A DNA stretch of 64,000 nucleotides from Candidatus Multivoradales bacterium (lineage in GTDB: Bacteria; Acidobacteriota; Thermoanaerobaculia; Multivoradales; J023). The translations under genes and the position numbers were made by a program. The notes beneath the pieces were generated by a model. It was not told the DNA's origin. It was given only the letters and a program-made list of their open reading frames with translations, and ran no database searches. Below are positions 38,212 through 47,362 of this stretch, one piece after another. Every line of letters begins with the position of its first letter. Position 1 is the first letter of the stretch. The stretch lies in the NCBI GenBank assembly GCA_965248925.1, contig CBDFLE010000006.1, positions 4,000,001 to 4,064,000 on the forward strand, written 5' to 3'.

Positions 38212-40887
38212 ATGTTTGATTGGACTCGATCTCAGCGCACAGTGTTTTCTCGGCGTTTTTCGCTGGGGTTGCTATTGGCGATGGTTGCGCAGTTAGCCTT
38301 GCAGCTGTGGCTGGACCAGCCGCTGCAGACGCCGCAGGCACCCCGAGGGGTTGTTTCGTTCGAGCTTGCTGGAGATGGCCAACGGGCGGGCGAGATCATT
38401 GCGTCTTGGCGTCGTGGCCGACTCCTGGAAGGTGGTCCTTCGCGGCCCCGGCCAGAGTTGCAGATCTGGCTGGATTTTCCTTTTCTGGCGACCTACTCCA
38501 CCTTCTTGGCACTGCTCTGGTTGGCTTTGGCAGGGCGCTGGCGGCGGGCGGATTGGCGCTGGCCGGCGGTGCGGCGCTTGGCAGGAGTACTGGCGGCGGT
38601 GGGCATCGCTCAGTGGGTCGCTGGGGCGTTCGATCTGATCGAGAACATCGCTTTGCTGGGGCAACTCGGGGGTGGCACCAGTGACCAGCTGGCGGGACTT
38701 GCCCACTGGTGTGCGCGATGGAAGTTTGGTTTGCTCTTCGTCGGCTTGGGGTGGTTGCCGGTGGCCTGGCTGATCTACCGTCAATGCTCCTTTCCTATCT
38801 TGCAGCATTTGTATTTCTGCCGCTTTCCACTGCTTCTCGGGGCTCTTTTGGTGGCGCTAGGGCCGGTGGCGGTGTGGGGGCTACCCAATGTGTTGGGCAA
38901 TCTTTTCGTGTTGGTGGATGGAGAAGGGGCGTGTTCGGGATTCGTTACCGTCACTGCGCTGTCTCTGCTGATTGCGGCGACGGTGGTGCTCACCCTCGGC
39001 AGTGTGCTGCGCCATGGCCCGGAGCGCTTTCAGTTGGCGCGCCCTGAACTTCTGTTGCAGTGGCTCTCTGGGCATCGGGTACTGGTGTCGGTCCTGCTCT
39101 CACTGCCGGTGCCGATGACCGCGTGGTGGGCTTCAGGACGCTGCGCCGAAGGGCTGCTGGGAATGTTGATCGGTGGCGGCGTGGCGATGCTGGTCTTGCT
39201 GGTCGCAGACGTGCTGCAATATCAGCTGGGAAGCTCACGCACGCCAGCCGACGAAACCCTGCTGCCGCTGACCCGGCGGATCTACTCCAAGTTGCCGGGA
39301 TTACGCCGCGGCCATCACGATTTGATGGGCCGATTGGCGCCGGCTGATCCCACCCAGTTGTCGCCGATGCCGGGTTACCGCGATGCCGCGGGGCGGTTTT
39401 ATTCGGCCCATGTCAAATCGACGTTGTTCCTGTTGGTGACTTTGGCCTGCTACGGCTTGGGCTACGGTCTACTCAGCCCGGATCGTTCGCCGTCCTGGCG
39501 CATTCCAGCTCTGGCTTACCTGCTGATTGTCGTGCTGATGACTCTCTGGGTCTTACCCGGTGTGTCGTTCTTTGCTGATCGCTACCGCATTCCCACTCTG
39601 GTGGCACTAGTGCTGGCCTCGTTTGCGGTCAACTCGCTGTGGCGGGCCGACCATTTTTACTACCTGAGCCCGCGGGCCACGTCGCCGGCCGTGCTGACCC
39701 CGGCGATGGCCTATGACGCCGCTTTGCGACGGCTGGAGGGGGAGGTACCAGCGCGGCTGCCACCGCCGGTGGTGGTGGTGGCGACCAGTGGTGGTGGCAT
39801 CAGCGCCGCCCTGTGGACGACTCGGGTTCTGACCGGCCTAGACGAGGATCTCGGCGGAAGATTCGCCCCGGCCTTGTCGGCGATCAGCTCGGTTTCGGGG
39901 GGTAGTGTGGGCACGCTGTTCTATCTCGATGCTCTCGCCGCTGGCAGGGTGGAGGAGCACGAGAAGATACTCTCGGCTGCTGCTGCTGAGTCCCTCGATG
40001 CTGCGGTGTGGGGGGTGTCCTATCCCGATCTGTGGCGAGTGATTGCACCTTTTATCGCCCGCCCTGCTCTCGACCGCGGTTGGGCTTTGGAGCAGGCCTG
40101 GCGGCGTCGGCTGTACACCCCCAATGCGACCTTGGGCCGTTGGCGGGCGCGGGTTGCTGCGGGTGAGCTGCCAGTGGCGCTGATGAACGCCACCGTGGTC
40201 GAGACCGGTGAGCAGTTCTTGCTGACGCCGATCGATATTCCCACGGCTGGCGAGCAGGGTTGGGGTGCTCGATCGCTGTTCGCAGAGACCGCTGGCGATA
40301 TCGATCTAACCACGGCGGCTCGCTTGTCGGCAACCTTCCCCTGGCTCACTCCGGTGACTCGAGCCACCATCAAGCGGGGTAGCTTCGCGGTCGATAAGAG
40401 GCTCCTGGCCGACCATTTGGCCGACGGTGGTTACTTTGACAATTTTGGTGTTGTCTCAGCGATCCACTGGATCGAAAACTTGCTTGAGGACAAGGATCCG
40501 CGTCGCGCCGCCAGCCTGCGTCAGCGGGGAGTGGTGCTGATCCGGATTCGCGCCGGAGCGGACCCGCCCGTGCCAAGAACCGACTCTGGACCCGATTCGC
40601 GTAGCCGCCGAGGTTGGGTCCATGCCACCGTCGGTCCGGTGTTGACTATGGTCAAAGTGCGCACCTCCACCCAGTTGCTCCGCAATGATCTGGAAGTCGA
40701 TTTACTGGCCGAGAAGTGGCGAGCCTTGGGGGTGCCGTTCAAGAGCTTCCGCTTTCAGTTGCGGGCTCAGGCGCCCTTGTCGTGGAAGCTGACGGCGGTC
40801 GAGCAGGAGCGGATTCTCGCTAGTTGGGACGGGCCTGAGAACCGCCGTCAGCGCCGGCTGCTCAGCGCCGCTCTCACTACTCAGTGA
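38212..40887 (+). CDS. Multi-TM protein with C-terminal patatin-like phospholipase domain
   Basis: TSGGGISAA, SSVSGGSVG, LSATFPW, DGGYFDN. Confidence 0.8.
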   Translation: MFDWTRSQRTVFSRRFSLGLLLAMVAQLALQLWLDQPLQTPQAPRGVVSFELAGDGQRAGEIIASWRRGRLLEGGPSRPRPELQIWLDFPFLATYSTFLALLWLALAGRWRRADWRWPAVRRLAGVLAAVGIAQWVAGAFDLIENIALLGQLGGGTSDQLAGLAHWCARWKFGLLFVGLGWLPVAWLIYRQCSFPILQHLYFCRFPLLLGALLVALGPVAVWGLPNVLGNLFVLVDGEGACSGFVTVTALSLLIAATVVLTLGSVLRHGPERFQLARPELLLQWLSGHRVLVSVLLSLPVPMTAWWASGRCAEGLLGMLIGGGVAMLVLLVADVLQYQLGSSRTPADETLLPLTRRIYSKLPGLRRGHHDLMGRLAPADPTQLSPMPGYRDAAGRFYSAHVKSTLFLLVTLACYGLGYGLLSPDRSPSWRIPALAYLLIVVLMTLWVLPGVSFFADRYRIPTLVALVLASFAVNSLWRADHFYYLSPRATSPAVLTPAMAYDAALRRLEGEVPARLPPPVVVVATSGGGISAALWTTRVLTGLDEDLGGRFAPALSAISSVSGGSVGTLFYLDALAAGRVEEHEKILSAAAAESLDAAVWGVSYPDLWRVIAPFIARPALDRGWALEQAWRRRLYTPNATLGRWRARVAAGELPVALMNATVVETGEQFLLTPIDIPTAGEQGWGARSLFAETAGDIDLTTAARLSATFPWLTPVTRATIKRGSFAVDKRLLADHLADGGYFDNFGVVSAIHWIENLLEDKDPRRAASLRQRGVVLIRIRAGADPPVPRTDSGPDSRSRRGWVHATVGPVLTMVKVRTSTQLLRNDLEVDLLAEKWRALGVPFKSFRFQLRAQAPLSWKLTAVEQERILASWDGPENRRQRRLLSAALTTQ

Positions 40888-40948
40888 GCGTAAGACAGGG
40901 CCAGGAGCAGTGCCTGATCGAGGGATTGGGCACTGCCCGAGGCTGGCT

Positions 40949-41410
40949 CTATTTGCCCAGGTAGGACTCTTTGAGCTGATCGATCAGATGATGCAGCTCG
41001 TGGGCATTCTCGGGATCAGCGGTCTGCTTGCACTTCATCGAGCTGACGATGATGTGGTGCAGCAACTCGAGATGGTGGGCGTATTTCTCTTGTCCGGCGG
41101 CGTCGTCCGCGGCGGCGGGTTTGATTCGCTGGGCAAGGAAATACTGGTGCGCAATCTCGCTGATTTTGTCGGCGTGATCTTCTTTGTTGTTGACCCAGCG
41201 CACCAGCTGGTTCAAGTTGGGGCTGGCTTCTTTGCCCAGTTTGGCCATCTCATTCATCGATTTCTCGATCGTCGTCACATGCTCGTACATGGCGGCGAAG
41301 CGTGCCGCATCATCATAGATGCCGCAGGGGATCTGGCAGTGGGCGAAGACCTGTGGCGCGGCGACCGCCAGCAGCAATGCAGCCAACAAGATGACTCGCG
41401 TGCTCTTCAT
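40949..41410 (-). CDS. sodN: Nickel superoxide dismutase with signal peptide
   Basis: Ni-hook HCQIPCGIYD directly after VFA; RWV.NKE.HA; CKQ. Confidence 0.92.
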   Translation of the reverse strand: MKSTRVILLAALLLAVAAPQVFAHCQIPCGIYDDAARFAAMYEHVTTIEKSMNEMAKLGKEASPNLNQLVRWVNNKEDHADKISEIAHQYFLAQRIKPAAADDAAGQEKYAHHLELLHHIIVSSMKCKQTADPENAHELHHLIDQLKESYLGK

Positions 41411-41524
41411 GGAGAGTCCTCCTCGGTTCGGTGAATTGAACAATTGTTCTAAGGCACGGATCCTAGCACCGGCGGTGGGTGGCGGAACCGTGAGCGGCGG
41501 CTGTTGGCAAGGTATGATTCGGCA

Positions 41525-44500
41525 ATGCGAGCAATCAGAGTCATGTGGTCGAGGATCGTGGTGGTTTCAGTGCTGGTAGGAACACTCCTAGTGGTGCCGC
41601 GACCTCGCGCGGATACGGCTCCGGTGATCGGTATCCGCACCGTGCAACCCACTTCAGTAGCCTTCACGCACGCCCGGGTCGTAGTGTCGCCGCAGCGTAT
41701 TGTAGACGACGCCACTCTGGTTCTGCGCGATGGCCGAGTGGTAGCGGTGGGTAAGGGGTTGCAGCCACCCGACGAGGCCACTGTGCATGACCTCGAGGGT
41801 AAGACCATCTATCCCGGTTTCGTCGACCCCTACTCGGACTACGGATTGGCCGCGGCGGCTGGTTCCTCGACCGCTGGTGAGTCCGATCGGCCAGGTTCCG
41901 CCGCCCGGCTCGAAGGGAGCCGTTCGGGGCTCGACAGCTGGAACGATGCCATCCACGCCCAGCAACAATGGGTGGACCATTTCCGACCTGATCCCGAAGC
42001 CGCCAAGGCGTTGCTCGAGCGTGGCGTGACGGTGGTGCAGTCGGCTCGGCTTGACGGTATTTTCCGCGGTCGCGGCTTCGTTGCCTCGTTGGCTGATGGT
42101 TTGGCGGGCGAAGTGGTGATCGAGCCCGCTGGGCGGCATTTTGCTGCCTTCGACAAGGGCAGCTCTGGGCAGGCCTATCCGCGGTCGCTAATGGGTTCCA
42201 TGGCGTTGATCCGCCAGACTCTGCTCGATGCCCAGTGGTACGACGGTGAGATGGCGGATCATCAGGCCGATCCGGCCCAGCCGCGGCCAGCCTTGGACCG
42301 TAATTTGGCCGCTCTGGCAGCCAACGACGGGCCGCTGATTTTTGCCAGCGACAACGAGTTGTCGCTGCTCCGTGCCGGCCGGTTGGCTGGCGAACTGGGG
42401 GTCGAGTTGATCCACCTTGGTAGTCAGCGAGAGCACCGGCGGATCGACCAAGTGGCGGCGTTGGGCCAACCGCTGATCTTGCCACTGGTGTTCCCGGCTC
42501 GCCCCGACGAACTCGACCAGCCAGAGGGCGAGCTCGACGTAACCCTGGCCGACCTACGCCATTGGGAGCGAGCACCCTCCACCGCTTCCTGGCTGGCGGC
42601 TGCCGGGGTGCGTTTCGCTTTTACCGGCTACGGTCTGGGTAAGGATGATGATTTTTTTGCCAACCTGCGGCGCACGATAACCCGAGGCTTGGCGCCGGGG
42701 ATCGCTTTGGCCGCACTGACCACGGTGCCGGCCGAACTTGCCGGAGTAGCCGACCGGGTGGGCACTTTGGAAGTCGGCAAGAGAGCCGATCTGATCATCT
42801 CGGATGGCGATCTGCTGCGCCATGGGCAGGCGGAAATCGTCGCCGTTTGGGTCGGCGGCAAGCCAGCGCTGGAACGCCAGCCTCTGGATCTGCCGGACTA
42901 TCGTGGCCACTATCGCCTGAGCCTCGACGGCGAGCGCTTGCGGCTGACCCTCGAGGGCGATTCGGCGGCGCAGCCGAAAGGGCGGATAGGAGTTGCCGAC
43001 GCTGACCAGGTCGACCTCGAAGGGGTTGCTATCAGCGGGCAGGTGCTGCGTTTTCGCGCCGAGATTGACTCTCTCGGCGGGGTGACTCGGTTCCAGCTTG
43101 CCCGCCACGGCGAGCAAGTCACCGGCGAAGTCTTGACCGCCAACGGTCGTCGCCTGCCTTTCCTTCTGCTTGAGACGGAGCCGGTGGCGGAGGCTGAGAG
43201 CGCGGCAGATGAGGTCGACCAAAGGGCTCAGGCGACCAGCAGCGACGATGAAGGCGAGTTGATCTCGCGCCGCACGTACCCCGACCTGGCCTTTGGCCAC
43301 TCCGAGCCGCTGGTGCAGCAGGATGTGCTGGTGCGTGGGGCGACGATCTGGACGGCGGCTGACGGGCGGGTCGTCGAGGGTGGCGATCTGTTGATTCGCG
43401 GTGGGAAAGTGGTGGCGGTTGGCCGCGACTTGAAAGTGCCCCGTGGGGTGCGGGTGATCGACGCCTCCGGCAAGCACATCACCCCTGGTTTGATCGATGA
43501 GCACTCTCATCTGGCGATCTCTGGCGGGGTCAACGAGAGCAGCTTTTCGGTGTCCTCAGAGGTGCGCATCGGCGATGTGGTCAATCCCGACGATGTTGGT
43601 ATCTACCGCGCTCTGGCCGGTGGTGTCACCTCCGCCCAGCTGCTGCACGGCTCTTCGAATGCCATCGGTGGTCAATCGCAGGCTATCAAGCTGCGTTGGG
43701 GACAAGATGCCGCGGGGTTGAAACTCAGGGACGCGCCGCCAGCGATCAAATTCGCTTTGGGAGAGAACGTCAAGCGTTCCAATAGCGATAATCGAAGCCG
43801 CTATCCGCAGAGTCGCATGGGGGTTGAGAGCCTGATGCGTGACGCCTTTCTGGCGGCTCGCCGCTACGCTGAAGAGCGCGCCAACGGCGACGGCGGCCGA
43901 CGCGACCTGCAGCTCGAAGCGTTGGCCGAGATCCTCGCCGGCGAGCGCACGATCCACTGCCATTCCTACGTCCAGTCAGAAATCTTGATGCTGCTGCGGC
44001 TGGCTGAGGAACTCGGTTTTCGGGTGGGTACCTTCACCCACATTCTGGAGGGCTACAAAGTAGCTCCCGAGCTGGCTGCCCACGGCGCCATGGCTTCGAC
44101 CTTCTCCGATTGGTGGGCCTACAAGTTCGAGGTCTACGACGCCATCCCTTACAACACTTGCCTGCTGACCAAGCATGGTGTGGTGACCTCGGTGAATAGC
44201 GACTCGTCGGACCTCATCCGGCGCCTCAACCAAGAAGCCGCCAAGTCGGTGATGTACTGCGGCATGGACCCCGCCAAGGCTCTGGAGCTGGTTACCCTCG
44301 GCCCGGCCCGGCAGTTGGGCATCGCTCACCGGGTCGGCAGCCTGGCGGTCGGCAAGGATGGGGACTTCGTAGTTTGGAATGGCCACCCCCTGTCGATTTA
44401 CTCACGGGTCGAGCAGACGTGGATCGAGGGCACCCGCTATTTCGATCTCGCCGAGGATGTTCGCCGTCGGTCGGCCGACGCCAGCGAGAAGCAAGCCCTA

Positions 44501-44692
44501 GTGCAGAAGGCGCTGCGCGCGGCGAAGCCTGCTCGGCCGCATAAGGGCGGCAAGGGTCGGTCTCGGGACTGGCACGATCGAGACTGGCACGATCGAGACT
44601 GGCGCGATCGAGACTGGCGCTGCGACGACACTGACGATGTTTGGCAACAGCGCCACTTCAACGGCGTCAAGGAGGTGGATGATGCGCGCTGA
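41525..44692 (+). CDS. Secreted two-domain amidohydrolase family protein
   Basis: Second domain has PGLIDEHSH, KFALGEN, HCHSY, THILEG, NSDS; the first lacks HxH (PGFVDPY). Confidence 0.88.
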   Translation: MRAIRVMWSRIVVVSVLVGTLLVVPRPRADTAPVIGIRTVQPTSVAFTHARVVVSPQRIVDDATLVLRDGRVVAVGKGLQPPDEATVHDLEGKTIYPGFVDPYSDYGLAAAAGSSTAGESDRPGSAARLEGSRSGLDSWNDAIHAQQQWVDHFRPDPEAAKALLERGVTVVQSARLDGIFRGRGFVASLADGLAGEVVIEPAGRHFAAFDKGSSGQAYPRSLMGSMALIRQTLLDAQWYDGEMADHQADPAQPRPALDRNLAALAANDGPLIFASDNELSLLRAGRLAGELGVELIHLGSQREHRRIDQVAALGQPLILPLVFPARPDELDQPEGELDVTLADLRHWERAPSTASWLAAAGVRFAFTGYGLGKDDDFFANLRRTITRGLAPGIALAALTTVPAELAGVADRVGTLEVGKRADLIISDGDLLRHGQAEIVAVWVGGKPALERQPLDLPDYRGHYRLSLDGERLRLTLEGDSAAQPKGRIGVADADQVDLEGVAISGQVLRFRAEIDSLGGVTRFQLARHGEQVTGEVLTANGRRLPFLLLETEPVAEAESAADEVDQRAQATSSDDEGELISRRTYPDLAFGHSEPLVQQDVLVRGATIWTAADGRVVEGGDLLIRGGKVVAVGRDLKVPRGVRVIDASGKHITPGLIDEHSHLAISGGVNESSFSVSSEVRIGDVVNPDDVGIYRALAGGVTSAQLLHGSSNAIGGQSQAIKLRWGQDAAGLKLRDAPPAIKFALGENVKRSNSDNRSRYPQSRMGVESLMRDAFLAARRYAEERANGDGGRRDLQLEALAEILAGERTIHCHSYVQSEILMLLRLAEELGFRVGTFTHILEGYKVAPELAAHGAMASTFSDWWAYKFEVYDAIPYNTCLLTKHGVVTSVNSDSSDLIRRLNQEAAKSVMYCGMDPAKALELVTLGPARQLGIAHRVGSLAVGKDGDFVVWNGHPLSIYSRVEQTWIEGTRYFDLAEDVRRRSADASEKQALVQKALRAAKPARPHKGGKGRSRDWHDRDWHDRDWRDRDWRCDDTDDVWQQRHFNGVKEVDDAR
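44564..44620 (+). repeat. 15-bp coding tandem repeat, 3.8 copies (RDW[H/R]D)
   Basis: CGAGACTGGC[A/G]CGAT units. Confidence 0.9.
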
Positions 44693-46031
44693 GCGACGAT
44701 TCTTGGCTTACCTTCGGTTGCTCACCCTGCTGCTGAGCACCGTCGCGACCGGGTTAGCGGTGGCTTCAGATCAAGTGCCGGCGCCTCCCCAAGGTCAGCC
44801 AGTGCTGCTGCGGGGTGGCGACCTCTACACCGTGGCCAACGGGGTCAAAGAGAAGACCGACCTGCTATTTGATCAGGGGCGGATAGTCGCTATTGGCCGA
44901 GACCTCACGCCGCCGCCGTCGGCAGTCGTGATCGAGCTGCGGGGAGAGCGGGTCTATCCGGGTCTGATCGCTCCGCAGACCCCTATCGGCTTGGTCGAAG
45001 TCGGTGCGGTGCGGGCTTCGGTCGACCGTTCTGAGGTCGGCGAAATAACCCCGGAGGTAACCGCCCACAGTGCCTGGAATCCAGATTCTGAGATCTTGCC
45101 GACGGTGCGAGCGCACGGCATTACCACCGTACAAGTGGTGCCCAGCGGCTCGTTGGTCGCGGGTCGTACTTCGATTGTGGCGCTCGATGGTTGGACCAAG
45201 GAAGACGCCGCGGTGCGTTTGCTCGATGGTTTGCAAGTAGTGTGGCCTTCCCTCCGCCGCCGCGGCCGTTTCGGAGCTCGACCGGACGGCTCAGAAAATA
45301 GGCAACGGCAGCTCGCCGAGCTGCGCGCGGCGTTTGCTTCGGCGGCCGCCTATGGGCGGGCTCGGGAGGTGGGAGCGGAGGTTGCTTTCGATCTGCGTTG
45401 GCAGGCGATGGCACCGGCGTTAGCCGGCGAACAAACGGTCTACGTGGTCGCCAACGACCGCCGGGAGATCGCCGAAGTACTCGAATTCGCAGCTGAGTTT
45501 GACCTCAGATGGGTGCTGGTCGGGGGCCAGGAAGCCGACCAGTTAGCGTCGCGCTTGCACGCGGCTGGGGTGCCTGTGTTGCTCACCCAGCCGACCAGCA
45601 GGCTGCTGCGTGAAGACGATCCGTTCGACGCGGTCTTCTCGCTGCCGGCCAAGCTGGCCGCCGCCGAAGTCCCCTTCGCCATTGCCCAGCTTTCCCGCGG
45701 CGGTACCGATGTGCGCAATTTGCCGCTACAAGCCGGGCGCGCGGTGGGCTTTGGTCTGGGGCCGGAGGCCGCCCTGCGGGCGATTACCTTGAGCACCGCC
45801 GAGATTCTCGGTATCAGCGACCGTCAAGGCTCCCTCGAAGTCGGCAAGCAGGCGACTCTCTTTGTCTCTCAGGGCGATGTGATGGATCCCTTAACCCAGC
45901 GGGTGACCAGAGTGTGGATAAATGGCCGCGAAATTGACCTTGGCAACCGCCATAAGACCTTGTTCCGCAAGTACGATCAGCGGCCCCATGCGGGCAAGGT
46001 GCAAGAGGGTTTCAGCGAGAGAATAAACTAG
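44679..46031 (+). CDS. Amidohydrolase-family partner subunit, probably non-catalytic
   Basis: VYPGLIAP (no HxH), IGLVEVGAV, GSLEVGKQA; overlaps the previous gene. Confidence 0.85.
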   Translation: MMRAERRFLAYLRLLTLLLSTVATGLAVASDQVPAPPQGQPVLLRGGDLYTVANGVKEKTDLLFDQGRIVAIGRDLTPPPSAVVIELRGERVYPGLIAPQTPIGLVEVGAVRASVDRSEVGEITPEVTAHSAWNPDSEILPTVRAHGITTVQVVPSGSLVAGRTSIVALDGWTKEDAAVRLLDGLQVVWPSLRRRGRFGARPDGSENRQRQLAELRAAFASAAAYGRAREVGAEVAFDLRWQAMAPALAGEQTVYVVANDRREIAEVLEFAAEFDLRWVLVGGQEADQLASRLHAAGVPVLLTQPTSRLLREDDPFDAVFSLPAKLAAAEVPFAIAQLSRGGTDVRNLPLQAGRAVGFGLGPEAALRAITLSTAEILGISDRQGSLEVGKQATLFVSQGDVMDPLTQRVTRVWINGREIDLGNRHKTLFRKYDQRPHAGKVQEGFSERIN

Positions 46032-46140
46032 CGAGATTGCTCAATTACTCTTTTTGGCTTTCCGGATAGGTTGTTTGCAGCATCAGGCGGTCTAGAACAT
46101 CGCTGCTGAAAAGGTGCTCGAAACCAATGCCGGAGGGGCC

Positions 46141-47205
46141 ATGACACACCTCGATAGGGCGCAAGCTCTACTATCCAATGCCGCGCAGCCGGCGCTGGCA
46201 CGAATCAACCAGGATCGCAGTACTGCGCCGGCTAAGCTACGGTTGTTGCTGGACTATCTCGAAGAGAACCTCTTCGATCCGGCGCTCAACGTGGCTCAGC
46301 TGATGCTGATCTGCAAGGTTCGCGATCATTCGTTGTCGCTCGCCTTCTGCGCAGCTCTGGGCCAGGGGCCGAGGGCCTATATCGAAGAGCACCGCTTGCA
46401 GACCGCCGTCCGTCTGCTCACCAAGACCGATCTCAAGATCTGGCAGGTGGCTGAGTTGTTGGGCTATTCCTCGCTGTCGACCTTCAGCCGCGCCTTCAGC
46501 CGTTGGGCCGGCTCCCGGCCGGGAGCTTTTCGCCACCGCCAACGTCAAGCAGTGGTCACCGTCAGTACCCGGCAAGACGCACTGCACAGCACCCAGCTAT
46601 GGCGTCAGGCAATGTCTGGTGGTCTTGAGCGAGAACAAGCCGGGCGACTGATCGAGCGCCTAAAGACCCTGTATCCCCATCAAGGCGGAGCGACTGAGGA
46701 AAAGACGCTGGCCGAACGGGTCTGGAGTTCCCTCGATGGCCGAGGGTTCGATGAACAGCTGCTGATCGTCAGCCGGCAAGTGGTGTTCAACTCACCCGCG
46801 TTGTTCGAATTCTTGCTGGAGAAGAGTCGCACCGAGGGATGCCAAGACCGAGAACGCGGCGTCGAGATCGCGGAGTTGGCGTTGGCTAGTGTTTCCGGTT
46901 GTGGTCGGCAGAGTGGGCGCTCCGACCTGGTAGCCCGCGCTTGGACCTGGATCGCCAATACCCGCCGTTTGGCCTTGGATTTCAGCGGTGCTGAGCAGGC
47001 TTTTGCTCAAGCCAAGCAAGCTCTGGCAAAGCCGCAGTTGAGAACCGATTGTCGCATCGAGGCCGAGATTCTGGTGTACGAGGCAGCGCTGATGGCCTGG
47101 CGGCAGCGCCACAGTGAGGCTCTGGCGAGCAGCGGCCGAGAGGTTGACCTCGACAACCCCAGTGGTCCCGCAGTTTCAGCGACGATTGGTGACCCAGGAC
47201 GATGA
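46141..47205 (+). pseudogene. AraC-HTH/TPR-like regulator, C-terminally truncated duplicate
   Basis: Near-identical to the next gene up to HSEALASS, then an unrelated tail. Confidence 0.7.
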
Positions 47206-47362
47206 AAGAGCGATGAAAGAATTAGTGAATTTAGGCGAGAGAATTGACTAGTGAGATTGCCCATTTGCCCTCTCTGCCATTCCGGATAAATTGCTTGGCA
47301 GCGTAAGGCGGTCTGTAACAGGGCTTCTGGTAAGGTACTTTAAACCAATGCTGGGGGGAGCC

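Noticed and set aside
38212-40887. CBASS or other defence-system patatin effector
   Set aside because: No nucleotidyltransferase or other defence genes adjacent; the multi-TM architecture differs.
44564-44620. Possible CRISPR array
   Set aside because: Contiguous 15-bp units without spacers, inside a CDS; no cas genes.
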